DNA of 64,000 nt from Octopus vulgaris (GCA_951406725.2 OX597817.1:155062001-155126000), one strand, 5' to 3'. Positions 1 through 13,472 are shown, counted from the stretch's first letter. Notes: a model not told the origin generated them from the sequence alone. Numbers and translations are program-made.

Positions 1-249
1 CTGATCTGGTAGTGTTTCTAAGGCTGGATGCCCTTCCTAACGCCAACCACTCCGTGAGTGTAGTGGGTGCTTTTTACGTGCCACCCGCACAGGTGCCAGA
101 CGGAGCTGGCAAATGGCCACGGACAGATGGTGCTTTTTACGTGCCACCGGCATGGGGGCCAGGCGTGGCTGGCAACGGCCACGATCGGATGGTGCTTTTT
201 ATGTACAACTGGCACGGGGGCCAGGCGAGGCTGGCAACGGCCACGAACG

Positions 250-490
250 GATGGGGCATAAAAGAATTGGATGTAATGAACAAGAGAGAACACTGAGCTG
301 GTATGATCATGTGTTGCGTATAGATGAGGACTGCTATATGAAGAAATGCTGATTGCTAAATGTGGATGGAACCTGAAGGAAAGAGAAGCCCAGGAAGATG
401 GTGGTGGGGGAGTAGTGAAGACCAGTCTCAGGAAGCTGAGCTTTATAGAAGCCTGACATGATTGCTGATTTGCCATGCTCAAAAAGACTC
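250..490 (+). mobile_element. RTE-clade LINE fragment (ORF C-terminus, decayed)
   Basis: Translates as LSWYDHVLRIDED..KKC..VDG, matching the RTE LRWYGHV motif; stops and frameshifts. Confidence 0.7.
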
Positions 491-517
491 AGCAAAAATG
501 AGATCCTAAAAGTATAT

Positions 518-750
518 CTATTTCTTTATTACCCACAAGGGGCTAAACACAGAGGGGACAAACAAGGACAGACATAGGTACTAAGTCAATTACATCGACC
601 CCAGTGCGTAACTGGTACTTAATTTATCGACCCCGAAAGGATGAAAGGCAAAGTCGACCTTGACGGAATTTGAACTCACAACGTAACGCAGACGAAATAC
701 CACTAAGCATTTCGCCCGGCGTGCTAACGTTTCTGCCAGCTCGCCGCCTT
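518..750 (-). mobile_element. tRNA-derived SINE with Meta-type core; other minus copies ~2862-3076, 9440-9528, 27882-28115, 47139-47354, 55129-55357
   Basis: Head GGCGGCGAGCTGGCAGAA..GAGTTCAAATTC, core GTCGACTTTGCCTTTCATCCTTTCGGGGTCGATAAA..AGTACCAG, tail GTAAAGAAATAG. Confidence 0.88.
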
Positions 751-1629
751 ATAAAAGATCCTAAAAGTATATCACTTATGCCTATACCTTTGCACCCAAT
801 CTAGTCCTGTCAAACAATCCCTACATCTCATCCTCCTAACACCTGTCTTTCCATTATTCTTCTAACTACCACAGTATTTACTCAGCTTCTGTAATAATAC
901 ATTCCCACTAAATTAAGGGGTCTGGTTTTGTGAGTTACCTGGTGAAGTGACTAGTACAGGTGCAATGAAAAACACAGCCAATACATGCTGTAAAGTAGTT
1001 GGCACCAAAAAGGGCAACCAGCTGTAGAAACCTTACCAAAAAAAAAAATATATAACACTGGAGCTCAAAGCAGCCCTGTGGCTTATCAGATTGTGTTGAA
1101 CCATCCAACTCATGCCATAGAGAAGTGAGTTTGTAAGTTTTTTTAAGAGATTAATGAAAATTTTACTTAAAAACTTGAAAATGATGCTTGAAAAATTTTA
1201 CTTTGAATAGATTCAGCACTTACATATGTACATATTACAAGAATATTAATCCATTCTAAGATAGAGAAGAGAGTTTCTAAGTCTCTAACAGCTTAGTGAA
1301 AAATCTTACTTAGAGAATATAATCATCACATTTTAATGTTCATGGTGGATTTTCTACAGCCAGATGCTCTTCGTGTTGCAAACCCTCTCCTGTTTCCTAA
1401 AAGGATAATTTTACTCCATAACTATACATGCTTCCATGGAAGATTGGAAATGTAGGGCACATGACAGTGACACAAATACCATGAAGTATCAAAGCAAGGG
1501 AACAGCAACACTTAAACATGTATATATAGAAAAACAAACATATGATGGGCTTCTTTCAGTTTCTGTCTACCACATCCACTTACAAGGCTTTGTCAGCCAA
1601 GGGCTATGGTAGAAGACATTTGCCTAGAG

Positions 1630-1830
1630 CAGTGCTTTTCAAACTTTTTGCTGGAGCGGAACCCCAAGGAAACATTTCACTGGCTCGAGGAACCCCTGTG
1701 CAATAATTTAATAGTCTTATGCACACACATCTGCACATGAGAATTAAAAACTACTGCCGATTTTAACAGTTTTGTAACTTCTTGCAGAACCCCTGGACTG
1801 TACTGGCGGAACCCTGGTTGAAAACCACTG
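1630..1830. mobile_element. hAT (Charlie-like) MITE inserted in a SINE
   Basis: TIR CAGTGCTTTTCAA/TTGAAAACCACTG; exact 8-bp TSD GCCTAGAG at 1622-1629 and 1831-1838; SINE sequence resumes on both sides. Confidence 0.9.
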
Positions 1831-3629
1831 GCCTAGAGTGTCATGTAATGGGACTGAACCTGAAATATAATATATGTGTATATCATCCTCATTAGGCAGT
1901 TTGTCAGGATTTAGTGAATTGGAGGACTGTCATACATCAGTGTTTTCATGCTAGCCGGAGGCTACAGTGGAAGACACTTGCCCAAGGTGCCATGCAGTGA
2001 GACTGAACCCAGAACCATGTGACTGGGAATCAAACTTCTTATTACACAGCCATTTACCTCAATGACTCTCATCCAATGCATGCAAGCATGGAAAAGCAGA
2101 CCGAAATTGAAATCGCTCAAAAATCAAATGGAAATTGTAGTTGTGATGCCAGTGCCGGTGGCACGTGGAAGAACCATCTGAACATGGCCGTTGCCAGCGC
2201 AACCCCGACTGGCCTCCGTGCAGGTGGCACGTAAAAAGCACCAACCAATCGTGGCCGTTGCCAGCCTCGCCTGGCACGTAAAAAGCACCCACTACACTCA
2301 CGGAGTGGTTGGCGTTAGGAAGGGCATCCAGCCGTAGAAACATTGCCAGATCAGACTGGGCCTGGTGCAGCCTCCTGGCTTCCCAGACCCCAGTCGAACC
2401 GTCCAGCCCATGCTAGCATGGAAAGCGGACGCTAAACAATGATGATGATGATGATGTATTAAAAAGTTCCCAGACTAATTCTGTAGTGCACAAACAGATG
2501 GCGGCACATGGTTGCTTTTGGTTCAGTTACCTTCTCGGAATCATGCCGACTCATAAACGCTGGTTTTTCGGTTTCCATGGCGTATAAATTCCCCAACTGG
2601 ACGTGACGCCAGTTCATCACAGGATTACTCATTTTTGTCAGCTGAGTGGACCGGAGCAACATGAAATGAAGTGTTTTGCTCAAGAACACAACACCTTGCC
2701 TGGTCCAGGAATCAAAACCACAATCTTACGATCATGAGTCCAGCACCGTAACCACTAAACCACATCCCTCCACAGTGTCTGCCTTGACATGGTTTCTATG
2801 GCTAGATGCCTTTCCCAATGCAAACCACTTTATGGAGTGTAATAGGTTCTTATTGTGTAGTACCTATTTCTTTATTGCCCACAAGGGGCTAAACACAGAG
2901 GGGACAAACAAGGACAGACATAGGTATTAAGTCGATTACATCGACCCCAGTGCGTAACTGGTACTTAATTTATCGACTCCGAAAGGATGAAAGGCAAAGT
3001 TGACCTCGGCGGAATTTGAACTCACAACGTAACGGCAGACGAAATACCGCTAAGCACTTCGCCCAGCGTGTTAGCATTAATGAGGTCACCAAGTAACTTG
3101 CAAGAAATTGGTCCCACGTGGCGATGTAGTAGAAAGGGGGAGGCTTTATAATAGGTGTTGAGAGGATAAAGCATGAAAGAGGGACAGGAGCAGGTACTTT
3201 GCAGTAAAGGAGGTATGTTAAATAAGAGTAGGTGGGAGAAACGGAAAAGGAAGATAAAGATGATAGTGACAAGGTGTAAGGGTATTACTTTCAAGGTACC
3301 AGAGGATGAGTATACGAGAATAGGGGCAGAGGATTGGGAAGGGTGGAAGAATAAGTTTGTAAGCACACGAAAGGTGAGTGACAGATGGTTAGACACAGGG
3401 ACAAAGGTGTAAACACAATATATATATAAATGTACATATCTGAGCGGATTTGGTAGATGGAAACTGAAAGAAACCCCATTATATATTTGTATGTGTGTGC
3501 ATGCATATATATATATATATTTGACCAGAGACCGAGACCTATGGAAGTATGCTGTGCGTGAGAAGACCCGGCAAGACCAGTGAGAACAATCAAAATCAAA
3601 TCATATATCAGAAAGCAGGGGTTAAGTGA

Positions 3630-4127
3630 CCCATCCGTTCGTGTCCGCTGTCAGCCTCGTCTGGCACCCGTCCCGGTGATATGTAAAAGCACCATTCGCT
3701 CGTGGCCGTTTGCCAGCTCTGCCTGTGGCACGTTCGCGTCCGTTGCCAGCCTCGGCTGGCCCCCGTGCCGGTGACACGTAAAAGCACCGTCCGTTCGTGG
3801 CCGTTTGCCAGCTCTGTCTGGCCCCGTGTCGGTGGCACGTAAAGCACCATCTGTTCGTGTCCGTTGCCAGCATCGCCTGGCCCCGTGCCGGTGACACGTA
3901 AAAGCACCATCCGTTCGTGGCCGTTCGCCAGCTCTGTCTGGCACCTGTGCAGGTGGCACGTAAAAAACACCCACTACACTCGCGGAGTGGTTGGCGTTAG
4001 GAAGGGCATCCAGCCGTAGAAACACTGCCAGATCTGACTGGGCCTGACGAAGCCTTCCAGCTTCACAGACCCCAGTTGACCCGTCCAACCCATGCTAGCA
4101 TGGAAAGCAGACGCTAAATGATGATGA

Positions 4128-4130
<3 letters not shown>
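3630..4130 (+). mobile_element. Non-autonomous element of ~60-bp subrepeats plus RTE-type (GAT)n tail; relatives at ~1-250, 2130-2456, 23670-24010, 31140-31408, 33030-33205, 51410-51762, 56884-57172, 63530-64000
   Basis: Repeated GCACGTAAAAAGCACCATCCG..GTGGCCGTTGCCAG units followed by the same 3' tail as the RTE LINE at 28780-28930. Confidence 0.75.
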
Positions 4131-4164
<34 letters not shown>

Positions 4165-4874
4165 TGTTTGTATATGGATGTGTGGGTGTTAGTTCATCCT
4201 TGTCTTGACATCGTATGGTATTTATGAGTACTATCATCATACGAGTAATGCCCTTCGTTTATAATCTTCCAGGAAAACAGGTCCAGCCATGGGAAAATAT
4301 TACTTTACAAGGAAACAGAGCTGAGGATTGGCAACAGGAAGGGCATCCAGCCATAGAAAATCTGCCTCAATGAATCCTATCTGAACCGTGCAAGAATGGA
4401 AAAATGTATGTTAAAATGATGGTGTGTATCTGTGTGTGTGCATATACATATAAGTATACATATATGTGTACATATAAGTACACACATGTAAATATGTATG
4501 TATATTATACAAATTCACATTATGTATATGTATATATATTATATGTATATATATATATATTTATATGTATATATATGTATATATATGTATATATTTATAT
4601 GTATCTAGTAAAAGTACATAGATATATTTTAAATATAAGTATATGTATATTGTATATACATACGTATGCATCTATATTATATACACATACACAGTATATT
4701 TTAAGTATAAGACATACGATTCATATGCAGTTATACACACACACATATAAACAATATCTTATAAATATAACAAATTCAATATAATTCTTATATACGTACA
4801 TGTATGAATTATATACATACAATATAACATATAGGAAACAAGACATAATTTATGCACACACACATATACGTGTG

Positions 4875-4916
<42 letters not shown>

Positions 4917-4917
<1 letters not shown>

Positions 4918-5303
4918 TAGCAGTATCGCCCGGCGTTGCTCGGGTTTGTAAGGGAAATAACTATATAAGCATTTTTAGAGAGTTATAGCCAAAAAATGCA
5001 TTAAAAATGGAAAAAAAATTATGGTAAATTTTTTTTTAAATCGTTGACTCATCGTAGACATTTTTAGAGAGTTACTTCCCTTATATAATAGCGAAAAAAA
5101 TGCATTAAAATGGGAAAAAATGATGGTAAATTATTTTTTAAATCGTAGACTCATCGTAGACGCGCGCGCTAATACCCAGAAGGGCTCGATATGAATCACG
5201 ACTATAAGATACCCGGTTTTGGTTAAACTGCACCGCAAAATGTGGGAGTAGTTAGGAATCTAAATCGTAGGAGACAGACACACAACTTCACTTTTATATA
5301 TAA

Positions 5304-5306
<3 letters not shown>
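4917..5306 (-). mobile_element. Non-autonomous Helitron
   Basis: Minus strand A|TC start, 3' hairpin CCCGAGCAACGCCGGG, CTAG|T end, no TSD; three copies in window. Confidence 0.85.
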
Positions 5307-5359
<53 letters not shown>

Positions 5360-7302
5360 GCAGTCGCAATGAGAGATGACTGCCAAGAACGACGTGGTGC
5401 CTTTCATTACAAGACTAAAACAGTGAGCAGACAATATCAGGCTCTTTGAAACTAATCACCCAATCAGTATTCTGGAACAGAATGAGCGTCTTTTTATCCA
5501 TATTCTACCATTCTCCAAGACGGTGAATCACGTGAAAAATAGTGAACAGCTTGTTATAAGCTCATGACTAGTGGAGCACCTAACTATATAATAATGACTT
5601 CGGAATAATTCCATCAGGCAAGAATTGAAGAGAGGGCGACGTCATCTAATATTATCGTCATTAAAATCTATCAATGTTGTTATTGTAATACGATAGCATG
5701 TCACTTGACATATATTTGTAAAGAGGTGGGGAGATGGCGTTGATTTGAGGGGCACGGAGTATAACTGGTATCAATTTCTGCGAATGAGTGTAGTTGTAGC
5801 AATAGTAGTAGTGTTACGATAGTTATAGTTCAAACCCCAGGTTAACCTTAAACTGGACAGTTCTAATCAAAAAAGTACTCCAACCGCAGCCACACCATAT
5901 TTTTAGTGGCATGTGGGACATAATCCAATACGTCCCCTTTTTTTTTTTTTTTTTGTTTTTTAATTAAGACAGAAAGTTGTGATTTGGGAGAGATTTGGTT
6001 AAGATTTCTAGCAGACCGGTCATACGACCACGTAGATTGCCCCTTCGTTGGATCGTATTACGATTCTAACATGAGTATATTATGGTAGAATATATAGTGG
6101 ATTACATCGAATCCAGTAGAATAAAAGGCAAATTTGACATCAGCTTCATTGGATTTAGAACCAAAGAGATAAAAAAAAAAAAAAAAAGGAAATCATTCTT
6201 TAACAATGCACCAAAATTATTTTGACCGTTCCTCCATTCACCAATAGATTTTTAACAAAGGCACAAAAGACGACAGACACATATTCTTGGGGTGGGAGAG
6301 TTTTAACTGGCCGAAGTATTTTACAAATACCGGAAAGGTTTAAAGATATCCTATCGTCTCCCGCAGAATTTGGCGCAAGATTAGTCGTTAAAGAGAAATG
6401 GAACAAGGAACTGCCACAGTGTTTTTGTTGTTGTTTTGTTTCGTTTTTTAACGGCCTTACTAAAATGAATGGCTAAGTTGGCGGCGGTAGGATTTGAGAT
6501 CAGAAATTAGAAACCTCAAACTACTGAAAAGCAATACAGACCGGGGTTTTCCATAATGACGATAACACGGAATAAAGAGAGAATCCCAATTGTATGTCGG
6601 GAAGTGAGGCGATATAAGTACCAACAACTCAAATACTATTTAAAAATGGAATCGCATGATTTTCTGGGGCAATCATCTTTTTGAGTAAACTAAAAAAGGA
6701 AGCCAGAGTATTAAGAACAGAAGACAAAAAATAAATTAATTTTCAAAATTAAGGATATTTCTATATTGTCATTACAAGTATACTTTTGTTTGTCCGTTTT
6801 AAGCATTTGTTATCTCAAACGTAATGCATTCAGATCTCAAGAGGTTTTCAATTAGTAGAAAGAAAAAAAAATTGTAAAATCAATAACACGTACTTCAAGC
6901 AGAGCCAGACAATAAATCGTAAAGCAGTAGCAAGCACCACACACGTTTACCACCTGTCTTCTTTTAAGACTTATAAAATCCAGAAAGAGAGAAAAAAGCT
7001 GACACAGTTTTATCAAAACGCAATTACAATCTGCAATCCATATTCCAAATTGGATTGCAAAAATAAATGGGGAAAAAAGTGTCTACACCGAGTGAAAAGA
7101 CAACCTTAAATGCAATGCACGCGTATAGATATATATATATATATATACTACAAAATTAGAGAATGGAGAAACATACTTAAATCAGTAAAACATCAACTAT
7201 CCGATGATACTCAATCCAATGTATTAATTTTGTTGGGTACCTATCTAGCAGTATATTGGATATATATTATCCCATGGTGGGTTGAATTTTCAACCCCTAT
7301 CT

Positions 7303-7307
<5 letters not shown>

Positions 7308-7335
<28 letters not shown>

Positions 7336-7414
7336 GGACAGACATATATGTATATATATATATATATATGGACAGACATATATGTATATATATATATATA
7401 TGGACAGACATATG

Positions 7415-7450
<36 letters not shown>

Positions 7451-7488
7451 TGGACAGACATATGTATATATATATATATGGACAGACA

Positions 7489-7525
<37 letters not shown>

Positions 7526-7826
7526 ACAGACATATATGTATATATATATATGGACAGACATATATGTATATATATATATATATAAAGTACCAGTTACGCG
7601 CTGGCGTCGATGTAATCGACTTAATCCGTTTGTCTGTCCTTGTTTGTCCCCTCTGTGTTTAGCCCCTTTTGGGTAGTAAAGAAATATATATATATACATA
7701 TATATATACATACATATATACATACATATATACATACATACATATATACATACATACATATATACATACATACATATATACATACATATATACATACATA
7801 CATACATACATACACATACATACATA

Positions 7827-7860
<34 letters not shown>

Positions 7861-7959
7861 CATACATACATATATATATACATACATATATACATACATA
7901 TATATATATATATACATATATATACATACATATATATACATATATACATATATATATAC

Positions 7960-8000
<41 letters not shown>

Positions 8001-8062
8001 TACACATATATATATATACATATATATATATAACATATATATATATATACATATATATATAC

Positions 8063-8093
<31 letters not shown>

Positions 8094-8136
8094 CATATAT
8101 ATATATACATACATATATATATACATACATATATAT

Positions 8137-8181
<45 letters not shown>

Positions 8182-8217
8182 CATATATATATATATAACA
8201 TATATATATATATATAA
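7308..8217. repeat. Compound microsatellite: GGACAGACA-(TA)n units, SINE 3' fragment 7585-7685, long (TA)/(TACA)n
   Basis: Directly visible; source of the Y/I-rich spurious ORFs. Confidence 0.95.
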
Positions 8218-9099
8218 ACAGTAATAAATCAAACATATACACACTCGGACACGCGTTTTTGTGTATGCCTACTAATGTGTGTGTGTGTGTATAAGAATAT
8301 GGTTATTTTACATTTCAACTTTTGTACCTGAGAATAAAAAATAAAAACAAACATTTAAAAGGTCGAACAAGGAATGAAATTGGAACGTTAACATCAAAAT
8401 TAGTCCAAATTTAATCTACTGTCTTCGTGTTATTTTAGTTTAAACTACAAAGGAATTTTTTTTGGGTCCTCCAATATTGTCATTACTAGAAAACCCATAA
8501 ATGAGATACCTTAGTCATCCAATTAGGGATATTCGTTTGCTATAGAGAGTGACAATGTATTTGTGGGAGTCATCGGTGTGACACAAAAGAATGTGGTGTG
8601 TCGAAGACTGCAAGGAAGCAGCACTTTGGTGCGCAAGAAGACCGGCAACATCTCCGACTAAACTACCTGGCCTACTAGTTTTAACACCAAAAACACCTTT
8701 ACGTATATCTTTGGTAAGCACACGAAAGTCACGCATTACCATAAAGAAAGGTTGGTTTTATTAGTGGTAAGTACAAAATCTGATCCTTACGACGGATTTT
8801 CGTGTTTCAAGAGAGAGCAGTGTGAACGCTTACTCCCTTAATAAATTGATTTCTGTCTCCCTCATCCATCCTCACATCTCTCTCTCTCTCTCTCTCTTTG
8901 TATCTTTCATTAAAGACCATAGGGCAGATGTTAGAACAAATGATACTAGCTTCAGCTCCAAAAGAGCGGACACAGCAATAACATATCGGCGACAGAACTC
9001 GGAAATACAGTGTCGATGAATAAAGCTCAAAGTAAACAGATATAATAGTGTTTTAAAGCAGAACTTACTCGTCGTATCAACTTGATGCTCAGCCATTAC

Positions 9100-9420
9100 T
9101 ATTAAGAGGAGCTATGCTTGTGTACACAACAAGCTATGACGTCATCAGTTTATGCGGTCACAGTACACGTGGCATGTCGCGAAGCAAGAAGCTATTTAAT
9201 CGATTTCTGTCGACAATGATGACAGCTACTGAGATAGTAGAGCGGTAAATCTAATTATCCGATGCTGACAAAACGAAGCTCCGTTATAACTCTAAAGAAT
9301 GTTACCCGTAAAATGTCTATCCGTGTTAACTGTCAACTCCTCTAATCACTCTGGAAGCAGCCTACCAGAAACTTGATTGTGACTTTAAGTCAACTTCTCT
9401 CCAACTCTGACGCGAAATAC
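9100..9420 (+). promoter_or_regulatory. Putative proximal promoter/5' region of the LRR-ARH gene
   Basis: Unique, CpG-retaining sequence ~250-550 nt upstream of the ATG; palindromic CRE TGACGTCA at 9137-9144 and E-box CACGTG at 9166-9171. TSS not determinable. Confidence 0.4.
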
Positions 9421-9660
9421 TGGAGAAATATAGATATATATTTCTTTACTACCCACAAGGGGCTACACGCAGAGGGGACAAACAAGGACAGACAAAGGGA
9501 TTAAGTCGATTATATCGACCCCAATGCATATATATATATATATATATAGGCTTTATATGAATATGTAGACGACTGTTTTTGTTGGTTTTTCTACCGCCTA
9601 CTCAGTATCAGGATATCTTACCTTATCCTTCTGGCGTATGTTATTTATAATTTAACAAGC

Positions 9661-9768
9661 ATGGGGAATTACCAAAATCAACAGATACTGCCAGAAGTTA
9701 GTTTTGAAGAGAAGGGCAAAGAATTGAACGTACGAGGAAAAGTACGTTCTATTACCGATTTCTTGCAG
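9661..9768 (+). CDS. Exon 1 of LRR + ADP-ribosylglycohydrolase-like gene (MGNYQNQQILPEVSFEEKGKELNVRGKVRSITDFLQ)
   Basis: ATG in good context (aagcATGG), 36 open codons, consensus donor CAG|GTAAGT at 9769; phase 0 joins exon 2 in frame. Assignment as first coding exon is inferred from phase and position. Confidence 0.75.
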
Positions 9769-9950
9769 GTAAGTTGTTAATAGTTTCTTTTGATAGTCAT
9801 TCATTGGAGAAACGCATCACTTTCATACTGGAGTTAGGTTTTTGTGACATTTTGACGAAGCATCTTGATTAGAAAAAATATCGGTCCAGTTCATAAGAAT
9901 GTCGGATAACGGTACCGTATTCTCCATACAGACATACACACACGTACGTT

Positions 9951-9997
<47 letters not shown>

Positions 9998-9999
<2 letters not shown>

Positions 10000-10129
10000 T
10001 GAACACGAAAAGTGGACAGTCAACATGCTAGATATAGACGTCAAATCGCCATTCTCCACAACTCTTTGTGGAGAATGGCGATTTGACGTCTATATCTAGC
10101 ATGTTGACTGTCCACTTTTCGTGTTCAGT
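9998..10129. repeat. Perfect 64-bp inverted repeat with 4-nt loop, in (TA)n-flanked element 9998-10232
   Basis: 9998-10061 is the exact reverse complement of 10066-10129; loop CTCT. Confidence 0.95.
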
Positions 10130-10223
10130 CCTTAATTGGTATATATAAATATTTTAATCTTCGGATTCTTTTTAATATGTTAGACCACTGGTTTTAATTG
10201 ACTAATATCAATTTCTACCCTTA

Positions 10224-10274
<51 letters not shown>

Positions 10275-10832
10275 CCTCTGAAACTGGTAAGAGGGAAATC
10301 TCGAACCGGGAGCCCAGCCCGAATGCTTTTGCAGCTGAGTGAACTCTATTAAAGGCGCCCAGATTGTCTTAACTGGGCGACAATTTATGTCTACCACCCA
10401 AGTAGGTCAGTTTGGGATTCCAGCACTGGAAGTAAAAAGTCGGGAAAAAAACTTCATCCTGTCCGACATTCTTATAATTACGCCAATCCACCAACCTGCA
10501 TTGGTTCCTCTTCATCGCCCTCGAAAAAAAAAACAAGTTAACCTCGACGGGATTTGAACTGAGCGCGCAGGGGCCAGAAACTAAACAGATGTAATTGTGA
10601 AATTTATCTATCTCTCTCCCCCTCTCATTTTTTTTTTTTTTTGTAACTAACAACACAGCTGTCTACAGTGACACAGATTGGATTAACCTATATGAGTTTG
10701 TATTCGTCGGTGCCCATACACACACACTCGAAAGTATTTAATAACCTTCGGTTTTTCATCGACACCTGTAACCTGTCGGGTTAAAAATACGCTTTAGCTC
10801 ATCCTAGTGGTTTTTTGCACTAGTAATTAGTA

Positions 10833-11834
10833 TACTCTTTTACTTGTTTCAGTCATTTTGACTGCGGCCATGCTGGAGCACCGCCTTTAGTCGAGCAACA
10901 CTCGACCCCGGGACTTATTCTTTGTAAGCCCAGTACTTATTCTATCGGTCTCTTTTTTGCCGAACCGCTAAGTGACGGGGACATAAACACACCAGCATCG
11001 GTTGTCAAGCAATGCTAGGAGAACAAACAGACACACACGTACACACACACATATATATATATATATACATATATACGACGGGCTTCTTTCAGTTTCCGTC
11101 TACCAAATCCACTCACAAGGCTTTGGTCGGCTCGAGGCTATAGCAGAAGACACTTGCCCAAGATGCCACGCAGTGGGACTGAACCCGCAACCATGTGGTT
11201 GGTAAGCAAGCTACTTACCACATTTTTTTATTTTTGTTTTTCACATTCTGTATACATTTTTTAATTCGGTTTCCTGTGTTTTAGATTTCTCTCTTTTCAA
11301 AAACGTTCTTCAACTTTTCTTCGGATTTCATTCGTCTTCTTTTGTGAGTGTGAACAAGTGTGAGCTAATGTACACACATGTAGTGTGTCTGTGTGTATCT
11401 TCTACTTGTTTCGATCATTAGACTGCGACCATGCTGGAGCACCGCCTTGAATTTTTAGTCGAATGAACGAACCCCCAGTCCTTTGTCTTAAAGCTTCGTA
11501 CTTTATCGGTCATTTTGCCGAACCGCTGTTTTGATGTAAACACACCAACACGGGTGGTCAATCGGTGGTGGAGGAGGACAAGCACAGACACGCAACATAC
11601 AAACACATGCGTGTATGTGTATACATATGTGTATATGTGTGTGTGAAGGCGAGAGACTTTATTTCACGTTGGTCCAGTTCACTCAGCTGTAGAAATGAGT
11701 TGCTACGTCACAGGTGCCAAAATGTATCGGTCTTTGCCCGGTCTTTTGCCTTGGAAGAGAACTTTCTTGGTGCAATCCCATGCTCATTCATAACCGACAG
11801 TGCAGGGGGAGGTCTCTCTCTCTCTCTCTCTCCC

Positions 11835-11874
<40 letters not shown>

Positions 11875-12031
11875 CTCTTTACTCTTTTACTTGTTTCGGT
11901 CATTTGACTGCGGCCATGCTGGAGCACCGCCTTATTCTTTGTAAGCCCAGTACTTATTCTATCGGTCTCTTGGGCCGAACCGCTAAGTGACGGGGACGTA
12001 AACACACCAGGGGACAAACACAGACACACAA

Positions 12032-12117
<86 letters not shown>

Positions 12118-12280
12118 GACAGGCTTCTTTCAGTTTCCGTCTACCAAATCCACTCACAAGGCTTTGGTCGGCCCGGGGCTATTGTAGAAGACACTTGCCC
12201 AAGATGCCACGCAGTGGGACTGAACCCGCAACCATGTGGTTGGTTAGCAAGCTACTTACCACACAGCCACTCCTGCGCCT
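10833..12280 (-). mobile_element. Cluster of CORE-type SINEs (10833-11222, ~11403-11610, 11874-12280)
   Basis: Reverse complements of the 21091 element. Confidence 0.88.
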
Positions 12281-12820
12281 ATTTTATTTACTTTGTTGAG
12301 AAAAATTATCTACTTTGTGTTTTATTTACTTTGTTAGGTAGTCGTTGTAGTATCGACTAGCTTGCGCGACTACGCGAGTGCGCGCACCGGGACCACTCTT
12401 CCTAAGTAGTACCTTATTTATATTTGAAAAGTTTTCTTTTTAGTTGCAGTGTCCGATGATATCGTTAAAATTAATTTTACATAAAACTTCTGCTTCTATA
12501 CTTAATAGAGATAAGGCATTACGAATATTATTTCAGCAAGTTCAAAGTAATTTCTTTTGTGCCGTAAACCATTTTCACTTCTCTGGTGCCCCCCCCCTCC
12601 GTCCCTTGATGTCCTAAGCACGTGCTTATTTTGCTTAATGGGTTAATCCACCGCTGCACTTAACCACGACATATCAACAAGATCTCGTGTTGATGCTTGT
12701 AACCTCCGAACTCTCGGTAACAGCTGTGTGAGGTAGAAGACACTTATTTTATTGAAGTACTGAATAATCAAAACTAAGAAGTAATGAGTGTTAACAGTGT
12801 CCAGTGGGTGACCATCGCTG

Positions 12821-13472
12821 GGATCTTTTCCTTTTGAACGGCAGTTTTCAACACAGTTTCTAGTTAACTAAACACTTTAAAACTTTGTATACTGGTAGAA
12901 TGTGTCAAAATAAAACATTTTTTTCTCTTGGCTTTCTTGAGAAAATTGTAATTTGTAAGTTTAACGTAGTTTAATTTTTCGAATTTTAACCAATCGATGG
13001 CCTCTATTGAGCTAAAATCATTTGCTGCGTCTAAAACTGAGACAACATCCTGTCACTAACCCTAACCCTAAATTTTAGCCTTTCGTTTGTTTTCCTTAAA
13101 TTAATTTAACAATTAAGAAAAAAAAAAAACCAAAGCAAAAACTCAAAACAAAAACAAAACAAATAATTTTAGACATGCGTAACAATTAAATTAATTTAAC
13201 AATTAAGAAAAGAAAAACGAAAGGCTAAAAGTTAGAGTTAGTGACAGGATGTCTCAGTTTTAGACGCAGCAAATGATTTTAGCTCAATTAGAGGCCATCG
13301 ATTGGTTAAAATTCGAAAAATTAAACTACATTAAACAAACGAATTACAATTTTCTCAAGAAAGCCAAGAGAAAAAAGTTTTATTTTGACACATTCTACCA
13401 GTATACGAAGTTTAAAAGTGTTTAGTTAACTAGAAATTGTGTTGAAAACTGCCGTTCAAAAGGAAAAGATCC
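12821..13472. mobile_element. Long-TIR (foldback) MITE, Merlin-like
   Basis: GGATC...GATCC ends, roughly 270-bp near-perfect TIRs, 8-bp TSD CATCGCTG (12813-20, 13473-80). Superfamily inferred from GG termini and 8-bp TSD. Confidence 0.85.

Noticed and set aside
6222-6476. 84-aa ORF in unique sequence
   Set aside because: Non-ATG start, no recognisable motif or convincing splice sites.
7195-7245. CCGATGA followed by ACTCAA/TTGGGT stem as another hammerhead
   Set aside because: No GAAA box or stem III at the required position.
7110-8244. Long Y/I/C/M-rich ORFs up to 311 aa
   Set aside because: Translations of (TA)/(TACA)n microsatellite, which lacks stop codons.
13057-13070. TAACCC telomere-like units (also ~40511)
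   Set aside because: Only 2 units, internal to DNA transposon sequence.
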